Source of the DNA: an uncultured Alphaproteobacteria bacterium
Lineage (GTDB): Bacteria; Pseudomonadota; Alphaproteobacteria; Rs-D84
NCBI GenBank assembly: GCA_946188105.1
Contig: CAMHTQ010000001.1
Location: 85,026-149,025, forward strand
Direction: 5' to 3'
DNA length: 64,000 bases
In this document: one piece after another, positions 48,401 to 58,087 of the stretch
How the letters are laid out: each line of letters opens with the position of its first letter
Position numbering within the stretch: position 1 is the first letter of the stretch
Program-made: the position numbers and the translations under genes
Notes under the pieces: model-generated
What the model saw: the letters and a program-made list of their open reading frames with translations, nothing else
What the model was told of the DNA's origin: nothing
Database searches by the model: none

Positions 48401-48612
48401 GCACACAACAGGTATCAGATCAGTACAGATGTCCAACTATTGCTTATCAGCATGAAACACCAACCGAGACCAACCCACATCCCGGTCAATCTGTAAATAA
48501 CGTAAATCGTTGGTTAATAAACTATGATTACAGAACAATAAACAGCTGTCCATCAAGATACAATCAAGCATCAACCGACCTGGCAAATCCGGATTCATCA
48601 TATAACTTCTAA
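45424..48612 (+). CDS. Large secreted cysteine-rich protein (1062 aa) with Thr/Arg/Lys-rich N-terminal low-complexity region
   Basis: Signal peptide MKGLNLFLASCFVVPVLNSASA and a low-complexity region (TTTLSTSRATQQKRANTVSRTTTAPAKN...). A C-x6-C-x3-EFC module (FSKCKTVFFDCMDEFC) is shared with the 13265 protein. Many Cys pairs and an Asn-rich C-terminus. Confidence 0.6.
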   Translation: MKGLNLFLASCFVVPVLNSASADVTKNSNRVQSSRGQTTTLSTSRATQQKRANTVSRTTTAPAKNVVKRDNKTAPVEKTRTTTTPARKTSVVARTTSTKKQNTYLRPSAIFQTTKTPSRSLGLARAATETTKTRESVMQRDFSKCKTVFFDCMDEFCANKDAQLKRCACSSRSNEFKSTQKSLDNVEDKLLDFSQRLLKVNMDPADAAVINQESEGEKAYNETKDKTASRKTLDEIAKKLNTSFDSATSNNLGVLSWSLDADSAFDAVDSLNGVSTTAKSGTELKAAATPVCREMAAEVCSDEDLSLVEQSYSMSIEQDCNTVKRAYETQTQQAKNKILESSALLDMTRLNKYQDDNSDDILTCKSKMLTMLEDTNVCGDGLTKCLDISGRYVNPTTGEVFLSPELVNLSKLITRPTNNIDSWAKTPTNAQFVSYLNSKKKYLEPAMQNCQTIADNVWKEFLDDALAKIKLAQNAKLEEVRRSCTSLLTDCMDTAKTSLSEFDSRALSTFGVLTDKTVNALCDNVKTSCSIVMDYNPDTNEIATDTGTNDWTSGVTDIAAYETYNTIIETCREIGRDCIVKSCKSITGNFGLCESINESVNRHSILTRSSCWQDVLDCVAQASDKSIEDIRNILPTSNAVPSELYRQSYGISGVYDFCREELGMCESISTTNDNDRPSTDCYRCRIAEQIWGNCRSVPDNSTNNNNIMQPQNPNSTTLLWWFAQNTHTQSDPNSCKVSGCPSGEIDVMIGGRSTCVPQEEVLICTATHLDNIVCSTTINVTASNTNCCPSGIKDDWDNCCINGNSTSVSNPLGLYFKNGTYPNLEPLLKSNNPALGTNSATIPNLKICTPSQNSSLSLIAKYRTPNEFGTDHHGYTYIFCDGSLTTGGSVGTDAQIVCNGNYISLTCAPTSITRCFYSVLTPDGTPDNNGIYATNIDYDMNYFYNMTVPQNKIGNDPDLNKYCQSSYYSNYHKLTATTNGTPRFHWEYYNGISTQQVSDQYRCPTIAYQHETPTETNPHPGQSVNNVNRWLINYDYRTINSCPSRYNQASTDLANPDSSYNF

Positions 48613-48687
48613 CAAACGCACCAATTGACAAACCAATATTTTTATGTCAATATGATTATATACAAAATATAGTCAAAGGAGTTTGAT

Positions 48688-49185
48688 ATGAAGACAACAT
48701 TTCCATACAATTTGAAAAAAGGATTTATTATTTTGGGCTTGGTCGCATTACCATTTGCATTTAGCGGCTGTGAAAAAGAAAACGTCGAACCAAACCGTGG
48801 TAACCGAAACAGCGGCAACACCGAAAACCCCGACACACCCGACATTCCAAAACACAACGTGGAATTAACATATGGTAAGTCCCCATCAACCCAATGGCAA
48901 AATATCGATCTGGATACAATTTCAAAATATAATAACGACCCAGCCGTTGATACAATATTTATGATTCCAGAGGCATACAACCAATTTAGTGGCCTTTCAA
49001 CCAGTGCATTACAAACACGGGTTACAAAATTACGCGAACGTCACAACATTAATCCGAACAAGGTTTTAGGCAAAGGAGATTTGCAATTGGCATCCGATGC
49101 CGTAGAAAACAACCAGGAAATTGTGCGTTTCTTTGCCGACACGTTGAAATATAACGTATTATATACTGGTGTAAAATCCAGATAA
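48688..49185 (+). CDS. Lipoprotein, hypothetical (165 aa)
   Basis: MKTTFPYNLKKGFIILGLVALPFAFSGC lipobox; RBS AAAGGAG. Confidence 0.55.
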   Translation: MKTTFPYNLKKGFIILGLVALPFAFSGCEKENVEPNRGNRNSGNTENPDTPDIPKHNVELTYGKSPSTQWQNIDLDTISKYNNDPAVDTIFMIPEAYNQFSGLSTSALQTRVTKLRERHNINPNKVLGKGDLQLASDAVENNQEIVRFFADTLKYNVLYTGVKSR

Positions 49186-49197
49186 CATTTTATTGAA

Positions 49198-49233
49198 TAA
49201 AAAAGACGGTTATAAAACCGTCTTTTTTTTATT
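49198..49233 (+). terminator. Terminator
   Basis: AAGACGGTT-ATAA-AACCGTCTT hairpin followed by T8. Confidence 0.7.
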
Positions 49234-49282
49234 GCGTTAATTTTTATATTTTTTTATCATTTATTTTAAGAGAAAAAGAAAC

Positions 49283-50551
49283 ATGAAATTTATATTTTCA
49301 TTTTTATTTTGCATAGTTTTATTATCACCCGCATTGGCTGACAACACAAACCAATGTGCCAATACCCCTGCATACAACGAAAACCAATGTAAAAGAATAG
49401 GTGGTTGTTATTACGATGATGAAGATGGTTGCCAACGATGTGACACACACCACTATGGTGCTAGTGGTGTATGCCATCAATGTGCAAATGAAACAGACGG
49501 TGTTTGGTCATGGGACCCAGATTATTCTTACAAAGAACATTCAATTTATGATGCAACCCAAGGCAACAACCCGGGGCTGGCATCATGTCCATGGTTTTGC
49601 GAGGCAGGATATTACCGTGGAGGCAGTACAAATTCAAACAATGAATACTGCATACCTTGCCCAGCCCACAGCACAAATTGTAAAGCAGATGGTGACAGTG
49701 CCCTGACCTATGACACCGTACAATGCGACACTGGTTTTACCGCATCAAGAAATAACGACACACACTCAGTTGGTTGCTGCATAGCAAACTCGACATGGAA
49801 TCCATCAAGTGGACAATGCGAATGTAATGATTACTTTTTTATGAGTAATGATAATTCAACCTGCTTAGATTGTCCAGCCCTGGACGGACATGTACAATCT
49901 GGTAATTTTACTAACATAACAAAATGTCTTTTACCTCATTCTTGTGAAAACGACGATGGCTCCATTAAACTAAACCTTATAAAAACTGGAAACAAATATT
50001 ATTGCGGAGAATGTGGGTTTGGTATTCAAACAACCCAAATAAATGCTATTGTTGAATGTGATTGTACATCTGTTTGGGCAAACAACAATGCTTGGGCAAA
50101 CAACAATAATACTCCAATTCCGTCTGGTACCCAATGCGTATGTCCAGACGGCGCCACTGCCAGTGGTAACAAATGCCTTTGTTCCAATGACCAGGTTGTA
50201 AAACGCATTGGTAATACTTTCAGTTGTGCAGAATGTTCCAGTATCGTAACAAATTCTGTATTTGGCAGCAATGCCGCATCCTCATCTTCTGCTGTATATG
50301 CCGATTCAACACATGGTTGTGTATGCACAAATGGATATTATAAAAGTGGCAGTGCCAGTTTTTGCCAACCTTGCCCTGCGGGACACACCACCGACCCTAT
50401 CGGTGCCAGCGCACGTACATCATGCATAATGACAACCAATATTAAATTATGCCTGCCAAATACTGCCCGGACTGCAAATGGTGCATCACAACAATGTATC
50501 CAGCCAGTTCCACCATCCAGTATAATAACCAGTAATTACAGTTCTAATTAA
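49283..50551 (+). CDS. Secreted cysteine-rich repeat protein (eukaryote-like CxxC / C-x-P-C-P-x-G repeats)
   Basis: Signal peptide MKFIFSFLFCIVLLSPALA and ~50 Cys. Repeated modules such as CQRCDTHHYGASGVCHQC, CIPCPAHSTNC and CQPCPAGHTT resemble furin-like/GCC2_GCC3/protist surface-antigen Cys repeats. Confidence 0.6.
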   Translation: MKFIFSFLFCIVLLSPALADNTNQCANTPAYNENQCKRIGGCYYDDEDGCQRCDTHHYGASGVCHQCANETDGVWSWDPDYSYKEHSIYDATQGNNPGLASCPWFCEAGYYRGGSTNSNNEYCIPCPAHSTNCKADGDSALTYDTVQCDTGFTASRNNDTHSVGCCIANSTWNPSSGQCECNDYFFMSNDNSTCLDCPALDGHVQSGNFTNITKCLLPHSCENDDGSIKLNLIKTGNKYYCGECGFGIQTTQINAIVECDCTSVWANNNAWANNNNTPIPSGTQCVCPDGATASGNKCLCSNDQVVKRIGNTFSCAECSSIVTNSVFGSNAASSSSAVYADSTHGCVCTNGYYKSGSASFCQPCPAGHTTDPIGASARTSCIMTTNIKLCLPNTARTANGASQQCIQPVPPSSIITSNYSSN

Positions 50552-51069
50552 AACAGCGATAATTCAGATATTGTTTTTTTGATTTCTTGAATTTGAGAAT
50601 CTGTGAATTTACCCAAAACCCAATCGGCTGGATCCATCATTGATTCAAAATCACGTGGATGCCCTATTCCAATTCTGATGCGTTTGTAATCATTACCAAC
50701 CGCTGCATCAATAGATTTGATACCGTTATGCCCTGCACTGCCGCCACCTTGTTTGGTTCGGGCTTGCCCGTTTTTCAAATCCATATCATCATGTATCACA
50801 ATCAGATTTTCCAACGGAATTTTATAAAAAGTCATCAATGCCAAAACCGCACGACCGCTGTCGTTCATATATGTTTGTGGCTTTGCCAATATAACCGAAT
50901 GGCCGTTCATTTCGCCCTTGGTCGTCAATGCGTTTTTTTCAGATTTCCAAGAACAATCATCGCCCGCAAACCAATCCAGCGCAATAAAGCCGACATTATG
51001 ACGTGTCATTGCATATTCTGGGCCAGGATTTCCCAATCCAACGATTAAAATAGGTTTATTTTCTTGCAT
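50548..51069 (-). CDS. pth: Peptidyl-tRNA hydrolase
   Basis: ILIVGLGNPGPEYAMTRHNVGF...HDDMDL..G..R.KQGGGSAGHNG. Confidence 0.9.
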   Translation of the reverse strand: MQENKPILIVGLGNPGPEYAMTRHNVGFIALDWFAGDDCSWKSEKNALTTKGEMNGHSVILAKPQTYMNDSGRAVLALMTFYKIPLENLIVIHDDMDLKNGQARTKQGGGSAGHNGIKSIDAAVGNDYKRIRIGIGHPRDFESMMDPADWVLGKFTDSQIQEIKKTISELSLF

Positions 51070-51115
51070 ATTACTAACCCTTTTTTTATTATGATATCAT
51101 ATAAAGGAGAAAAAA

Positions 51116-51664
51116 ATGAAATTAAATTCAAAAATTTTTTTAGGTGGTATTTTAGCGGCATCTGTAATCGGAACCGCATCTGCAAATCCTGTGATTGATG
51201 TGTATGCTGGTGCATCATTGGGTGCCGGCGGATCCAGTATTTATTACAGCAGCCAACATAAAAACTATTCTTCTCAATCTTTTGGTGGTGTATTCGGTAT
51301 TGATATTCCATTATTGCGTGTCGAGGCAGAATATAACCATTTAACAAACGATGATTTTTCTACAAACGATGCTATGTTGAACGCATATTTTAAAATGTTT
51401 TCAACAATGATTCACCCATATGCCGGTGTCGGTGTTGGTTCTATATTTGGCGGCACATATGAAAAAGGTGCCGTTAAACAAGATATCAAAACATCTGTGG
51501 CATACCAAGGAATGTTGGGTTTAACATTTGACATTTTGGCAATTCCATTAAAATTTGATGTCGAAGGTCGTGTTTTGTATGCACCAAACTTTATCGAGGC
51601 CGCAAATTCCAAACCCGACTTTATGCAATATGATGCTCGTTTAAAATTAAGATATATATTCTAA
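51116..51664 (+). CDS. Small outer-membrane beta-barrel protein (OmpW/opacity-porin-like)
   Basis: Signal peptide MKLNSKIFLGGILAASVIGTASA, alternating amphipathic strands, and C-terminal ..RLKLRYIF. Confidence 0.6.
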   Translation: MKLNSKIFLGGILAASVIGTASANPVIDVYAGASLGAGGSSIYYSSQHKNYSSQSFGGVFGIDIPLLRVEAEYNHLTNDDFSTNDAMLNAYFKMFSTMIHPYAGVGVGSIFGGTYEKGAVKQDIKTSVAYQGMLGLTFDILAIPLKFDVEGRVLYAPNFIEAANSKPDFMQYDARLKLRYIF

Positions 51665-51665
51665 A

Positions 51666-54437
51666 ATGTTAACTTTAATTGACGGAAACTCTTTACTATT
51701 TCGTGCATATTATGGTGTGCATTCCAGATTGACGCGGTCTGATGGTAAACCCACAGGTGCCGTATATGGTTTTGTAAATATGATATTACCGGTATTGGCA
51801 TCTGCAAAACCAGACGATACATTTGTCTGTGTTTTCGATGCATCGCGTCAAACTTTCCGTCAAGATATATATCCTGCATACAAGGCGAATCGTGATGAAA
51901 CACCCGCTGATTTAATTTCACAATCTTTTATGGTTCGTGAATGTATGACATCTTTTGGTATGCCGGTTTTATGTATTCCCGGTGTCGAGGCGGATGATGT
52001 TATCGCAACTTTGGCAAAACAATTTTGCGATATGCACGACAAAACCCGCATAATTACCAGTGATAAAGATTTAATGCAGTTGGTATCACACTGTGTGTTT
52101 TTATATGACGGTATGAAACAAACCGAAATACACGAACCAGGGGTTTTTGAAAAATTCGGTGTTGCACCAGACCAAGTCATAGATGCACAAAGTTTAATCG
52201 GTGATTCGTCTGATAATGTTCCGGGTGTAAATGGCATTGGTCCCAAAAAAGCGGCTGATTTATTATCACAATTCAAAACATTGGATGGGATATACGAACA
52301 CATTGATGAAATAAAAAACGAACGCATCCGCAATTTACTGATTGACGGACGTGATATGGCATACATATCAAAAAAACTGGTCACCTTGAAATCAGATGTC
52401 GATTTGTCGGGATTAAAACTTTCGCCATTTGTATTTAACACACCAAAGGCATTGCAATTTGTAAAAGACGAAATTGAAAGTTCTTCATTGGTGGAAAAAA
52501 TTCAAAAATTATTCCCAATTGAAAAATACGATTCGTCGAAACAAACCGATTTTGAATATGCGGGATCTTGTTGTCCTGAAAATTGTGAACCAACCGAAAC
52601 CAAAATTGGCACATTGCCCGAAATGCATTTCGAAACAATTTCAACCATATCACAACTGGAAAAATTTTTATCCAATGTAAAAGATATCGTGGCGATTGAT
52701 ACCGAAACAAACGGCATCGACACAATGACGGCACAAATCGTTGGAATGTCGTTGGCATATGATAAAACACATGGGGCATATATTCCCCTGCACCACTTAA
52801 CACATGGTTCAGATTTATTTGATACAGATTCTCCTGTTCCAGAACAATTAAGTCAAAAGGTCGTTTTTGAAAAAATTGTTCCTATTTTAGAAAATAAAAA
52901 CATTCTGAAAATCGGCCATAATTTCAAATACGATTTGCACATCCTGGCAAATGCCGGTATTGATATCAGCAAAATAACACCAATTGATGACACTATGTTA
53001 TTGTCATATATTTTGCACGGCACATTGCATGGACATGGTCTGGACGAATTGGCATTAAAATATCTAAATCACCAGAACATAAAATTTGCATCATTATTCC
53101 CTGCCGAAATTTCCGACAACAACCGTAATTTTGCATATGTTGATATTGCAAACGCAACACCATATGCCGCCGAAGATGCAACAGTTTGCTTTGCATTATA
53201 TGAACTGATGCGACCAGAACTGGATAAAAATGCAAAATTAAAAAAATTATACGACACTTGTGATCGCCCATTAATGCCAATATTGGTTGAAATGGAACGC
53301 AACGGTGTATTGGTTAATAAAACAGGTCTGCAAAATTTATCCAATGTATTCCACAGCCAACTTGAAAATTTACAAAATGAAATTTGGCAATATGCTGGAC
53401 ACGAATTTAATATCGCCAGTCCAAAGCAACTGGGGGTGGTGTTATTCGATGAATTGCAATTACCTGCAAATAAAAAACGTTCCACAGATGCAGATTCTTT
53501 GAATGATTTAAGTGAAGAACACCCAATCATTGAAAAAATTTTGGCATGGCGTTCTATTGCAAAATTGGCTGGTACTTATGCTGATGCATTACCAAAACAA
53601 ATTGCATCCGACAACCGCATTCACACAACGTATATTCAAACCAGCACAAATACAGGTCGCCTGTCCAGTCGCGATCCAAATTTACAAAACATCCCTGCCC
53701 GAACAGAATTGGGTTCCGAAATCCGCAAATGTTTTGTTGCACCAGAAAATCGCGTTTTAATTTCTGTGGATTATTCCCAGATTCAATTAAGATTGTTGGC
53801 CGATGTCGCGGATGTTACAACATTCAAAGAAACATTTAATTCTGGCGCCGACATACACGAACAAACCGCCCGTAAAATATTCAACATTGCACCGTCTGAT
53901 TCCGTCAGCAAGGCACAAAGACGCGCTGCAAAAACTGTAAACTTTTCAATTATTTATGGCATATCATCTTTTGGTTTGGCGGCACAACTGGGGGTATCTC
54001 GTGAAGAGGCAAAAAAAATAATCGATGCATATATGGCTGGATTGCCCCAGGTGCGTAAATATATCGAAGAAACCAAAAAATTCGCAACCGAAAACGCATG
54101 TGTTTATACCCCATGGGGACGTAAAATTGTATTACCAGAAATAAATAATTCCAGGTTAAAAACATATGCTTTGCGTGCTGCAATCAATGCCCCAATCCAA
54201 GGGTTCGAGGCGGATTTAATGCGACTGGCGATGGTTCAAATTGCAACCGATATCGTGCATCAAAATTCTGATAAAATAAAAATGATTTTACAGGTTCACG
54301 ATGAAATTATCTTTGAATGCGATAAAAATTGTGCTGAACAATTCGCCAACCAAATCAAAGAAAAAATGGAAAATATCTGCAAATTATCTGTACCATTGGT
54401 CGCAGAATATACAATCGGCGATAAATGGGATAAATAA
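51666..54437 (+). CDS. polA: DNA polymerase I
   Basis: 5'-3' exonuclease N-domain (LIDGNSLLFRAYYG), 3'-5' exo-like domain, and polymerase motifs DYSQIQLRLLA, RRAAKTVNFSIIYG, QVHDEIIFE. The ATG is 2 nt after the stop of the preceding gene. Confidence 0.92.
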   Translation: MLTLIDGNSLLFRAYYGVHSRLTRSDGKPTGAVYGFVNMILPVLASAKPDDTFVCVFDASRQTFRQDIYPAYKANRDETPADLISQSFMVRECMTSFGMPVLCIPGVEADDVIATLAKQFCDMHDKTRIITSDKDLMQLVSHCVFLYDGMKQTEIHEPGVFEKFGVAPDQVIDAQSLIGDSSDNVPGVNGIGPKKAADLLSQFKTLDGIYEHIDEIKNERIRNLLIDGRDMAYISKKLVTLKSDVDLSGLKLSPFVFNTPKALQFVKDEIESSSLVEKIQKLFPIEKYDSSKQTDFEYAGSCCPENCEPTETKIGTLPEMHFETISTISQLEKFLSNVKDIVAIDTETNGIDTMTAQIVGMSLAYDKTHGAYIPLHHLTHGSDLFDTDSPVPEQLSQKVVFEKIVPILENKNILKIGHNFKYDLHILANAGIDISKITPIDDTMLLSYILHGTLHGHGLDELALKYLNHQNIKFASLFPAEISDNNRNFAYVDIANATPYAAEDATVCFALYELMRPELDKNAKLKKLYDTCDRPLMPILVEMERNGVLVNKTGLQNLSNVFHSQLENLQNEIWQYAGHEFNIASPKQLGVVLFDELQLPANKKRSTDADSLNDLSEEHPIIEKILAWRSIAKLAGTYADALPKQIASDNRIHTTYIQTSTNTGRLSSRDPNLQNIPARTELGSEIRKCFVAPENRVLISVDYSQIQLRLLADVADVTTFKETFNSGADIHEQTARKIFNIAPSDSVSKAQRRAAKTVNFSIIYGISSFGLAAQLGVSREEAKKIIDAYMAGLPQVRKYIEETKKFATENACVYTPWGRKIVLPEINNSRLKTYALRAAINAPIQGFEADLMRLAMVQIATDIVHQNSDKIKMILQVHDEIIFECDKNCAEQFANQIKEKMENICKLSVPLVAEYTIGDKWDK

Positions 54438-54440
54438 TAA

Positions 54441-54517
54441 TGGCGCACCCGGTGCGATTCGAACGCACAATCCCCACCTTCGGAGGGTGGTGCTCTATCC
54501 AGTTAAGCTACGGGTGC
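54441..54517 (-). tRNA. tRNA-Arg (anticodon CCG)
   Basis: Reverse complement: GCACCCG acceptor, anticodon stem CCACC/GGTGG with loop CTCCGAA, T-arm GTGCGTTCGAATCGCAC, then G-CCA. Begins 4 nt after the polA stop on the opposite strand. Confidence 0.85.
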
Positions 54518-54632
54518 GAAACCGAACATACGCATTATAAAATCAACCGCTTAAAAATCAACAATTTTTCGTTTGCTTTTCTGGTTTGATGCTTTACAGT
54601 TAAAACAAAAGGCACAAGGAATATTTTCACAA

Positions 54633-55088
54633 ATGCTTCGCATAATCGCAATTTTATCACTGTTTTGTTTGACCGCTTGCAACAGCGTCTATGTCAAACC
54701 AAACTCATTGAAGCCCGATCAAAAGATTTTTGTTCCTCGCGGTGGTTATACAATGAAACGTTCTATTAAAACAGTGATGGAAAAACGCGGATACAATGTA
54801 AATGTTGGCAGAATAACCCGTGCATCCGACTCTTCTGATTTAGATTTTGAAACTTATATTGTTCCACCAAATGCAAAATATTCTGTTCGTGTCCAAGAAC
54901 GCAGTGAAATTTTCCGTCCAATTTGGTGTATGTTTAATGGATTTTGGTGGTGGAATTTTAATGTATCTATCGTTGAACAAAAAACCGGCACAGAAATTTT
55001 ATCTTGGCGTGGTCGTGGATGTCAAAACAGTTCCCTACGTAAATTAAACGAATTACTGGACACAATGGAAATAAAATCAGACAAATAA
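54633..55088 (+). CDS. Hypothetical lipoprotein (151 aa)
   Basis: MLRIIAILSLFCLTAC lipobox; RBS AAGGCACAAGGAA. Start chosen at ATG 54633, not the ORF-track extension. Confidence 0.5.
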   Translation: MLRIIAILSLFCLTACNSVYVKPNSLKPDQKIFVPRGGYTMKRSIKTVMEKRGYNVNVGRITRASDSSDLDFETYIVPPNAKYSVRVQERSEIFRPIWCMFNGFWWWNFNVSIVEQKTGTEILSWRGRGCQNSSLRKLNELLDTMEIKSDK

Positions 55089-55117
55089 AAAATCGCCCAA
55101 ACGGGCGATTTTTTTAT
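55086..55117. terminator. Bidirectional terminator between the 54633 gene and rubrerythrin
   Basis: ATCGCCC-AAAC-GGGCGAT hairpin with flanking A6/T7 runs. Confidence 0.7.
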
Positions 55118-55737
55118 TCATCAACTTTTGTAAATTCACAAAAACCTTCGGATGTATCACAGCGACTGGCAATACCCTCGCTGATAAAATATCCCTGTGG
55201 ATGCAAACACGCTGGGCAAACCTGTGGTGCCTCGGTTCCAATATGCCAATTACCACAATTTGTGCAACGCCACATTACGATTTTATCTGACTTAAACAAA
55301 GTTCCGTTTTCAATTGCCTCGGCCAATGCTTTGAATCTGGATTCATGATAACGTTCTGCCAAACCAATATTTTTGAATATTTCAGCAATAGCATCAAAAC
55401 CTTCTTGGGCGGCAATTTGTGCAAACCGAGGATACATTTCTGTATTTTCTTCATTTTCGCCAAATGCGGCTGCCTTTAAATTTTCCAAAGTTGTTCCAAC
55501 CTTGCCAGCGGGAAAAGTCGCGGTTATTTCCAACATACCGCCTTCCATAAATTTAAACAACCTGGATGCGTGTTCATATTCATGTTCTGCTGTTTCTAAA
55601 AAGATTTTTGCGATTGCCTGGAAACCTTCTTTATTCGCAGCAGATGCAAACATAGTATAACGATTACGTGCCTGAGATTCCCCAGCAAATGCCATCAACA
55701 AATTTTTTTCGGTCTGGGACCCTTTCAATGTAGCCAT
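55114..55737 (-). CDS. rbr: Rubrerythrin (di-iron ferritin-like domain plus C-terminal rubredoxin-like Cys4)
   Basis: E..EYEHA...E.E.EH helix motifs and C-terminal CTNCGNWH...CPAC. Confidence 0.85.
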   Translation of the reverse strand: MATLKGSQTEKNLLMAFAGESQARNRYTMFASAANKEGFQAIAKIFLETAEHEYEHASRLFKFMEGGMLEITATFPAGKVGTTLENLKAAAFGENEENTEMYPRFAQIAAQEGFDAIAEIFKNIGLAERYHESRFKALAEAIENGTLFKSDKIVMWRCTNCGNWHIGTEAPQVCPACLHPQGYFISEGIASRCDTSEGFCEFTKVDE

Positions 55738-55761
55738 TTTTACTCCTTTTCTTTGTTTTAT

Positions 55762-56310
55762 TTATTTTGTTTTTCCACCAAATACAACAGCAGCGATTTG
55801 TGGCGCAAAATCTTTATCATCCATTATTGCCCCACGTAAAAACGCACGAGCATCAGCACGAGTCAAACCGTATCTTAACATCGGTCCTTTTGTCGTATTA
55901 CATTTTGATACATACATATTAAATTCAGGCAACAAAACACCGAAATTATCGTATTTTACCTCGGCCGCCATATAATATTCAATATTCAAAGAATCTCTTT
56001 CCTCTATATCCAGTTTATCACCCAGCACCAACTTTTTATCCCAAACATCTATTATCTGATATGCCCTTGTTGGCTTTTCACGAACACGCCACAATCCCGC
56101 AATATATTTCACCAGATATTTATTCAAATCGACATTTGCCAATGGGATTGCAGTATCACATAAATACGCATTAACACCCTTTTTACAATCAGCATCATAA
56201 TTTCCATTGGATGCCATCATATCACGAAACACAGGGGTAATTTTTGAATCTGGTACAGGTTTCCCATCCAAATCTTTTACACCTAAATCAAAAGTTTCTT
56301 TTTTTGCCAT
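55762..56310 (-). CDS. Hypothetical protein (182 aa)
   Basis: ORF 3 nt downstream of obg in the same orientation. Confidence 0.45.
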   Translation of the reverse strand: MAKKETFDLGVKDLDGKPVPDSKITPVFRDMMASNGNYDADCKKGVNAYLCDTAIPLANVDLNKYLVKYIAGLWRVREKPTRAYQIIDVWDKKLVLGDKLDIEERDSLNIEYYMAAEVKYDNFGVLLPEFNMYVSKCNTTKGPMLRYGLTRADARAFLRGAIMDDKDFAPQIAAVVFGGKTK

Positions 56311-56312
56311 AA

Positions 56313-57329
<1,017 letters not shown>

Positions 57330-57399
57330 CTAGAGTTGCCCACATTATAAACTTAAAAACTTGCAATTTCCAGTATAAAGATTTATAATTGCTGGGCTG

Positions 57400-57720
57400 T
57401 GCAAACAGTGATGATTCTGAACTCTGTGCGGAATAGTCGTTTTGGACTGGGGGGCGGTACCCCACAGCTCCACCATTATTAAAAAGCTTTTTTTAGGGGG
57501 CTGACATAGTTTCGACAAGCGCAGTAAAGGTACAAGATTGAATCCGACATGGTTGTCGTAAAACACTAATAAAAAAATGAATGGCGATAGAATCGCTGCG
57601 AACGACAATGTTCGCCTTGCAATGGCTGCCTAATATGGCTTTGATATAATCGGCAATTGTTGGTTATATCAGTTTAGCTTTTGCGGGGTCCGTTGGGTAC
57701 CTGGCACCAGAAATCCCAAC
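57400..57720 (+). ncRNA. ssrA: tmRNA gene (ssrA), apparently the circularly permuted two-piece type; boundaries approximate
   Basis: Acceptor piece ends ...CAGCTCC-A-CCA at 57475. Coding piece starts GGGGCTGACATAGTTTCGAC at 57497 (tmRNA 5' consensus); GGGGCTG pairs with CAGCTCC, including the G3:U70 alanine identity pair. Tag ORF gcg aac gac aat gtt cgc ctt gca atg gct gcc taa encodes ANDNVRLAMAA*. Confidence 0.6.
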
Positions 57721-57751
57721 ACTATAACAAAACAAATAAAAAGGACAAAAA

Positions 57752-57988
57752 ATGTTTGGAAAAATTAAAAAAGTATTTTTTACAGGTATATTTGGTATTT
57801 TATATATTTCTTACATTGCACAATTGGTTTATGTATTGACTAATACTGGCTTTAATTGCGATGAAAAAATGGTCGGTTTGGCAGTATTGTCTGTTGAATG
57901 GTTAGTTTTGATTGCTGCACGTTATTTATCAAAACGTTCTTCTTCCAACAACACACAATTTTCTGGTAACACATATCGTCGTCGTTAA
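57752..57988 (+). CDS. Small membrane protein (78 aa)
   Basis: Two hydrophobic helices; RBS AAAAGGA; followed by a terminator. Confidence 0.4.
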   Translation: MFGKIKKVFFTGIFGILYISYIAQLVYVLTNTGFNCDEKMVGLAVLSVEWLVLIAARYLSKRSSSNNTQFSGNTYRRR

Positions 57989-58013
57989 TTTTTTAACAGA
58001 CACTTTTACAGAA

Positions 58014-58050
58014 ATAAAAACCTCAATAAAAAATATTGAGGTTTTTTATC
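58014..58050 (+). terminator. Terminator
   Basis: AACCTCAATA-AAAAA-TATTGAGGTT hairpin followed by TTTTATC. Confidence 0.65.
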
Positions 58051-58087
58051 TTGAAAAAAAACAAAAACAATCTATATTTAGTTTGCT

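Noticed and set aside
57400-57720. Possibility that this is a one-piece tmRNA or an SRP RNA
   Set aside because: The GGGGCUGA 5' consensus lies downstream of the ..CCA acceptor end, which fits only the permuted two-piece arrangement. No SRP Alu/S-domain motifs were recognised.
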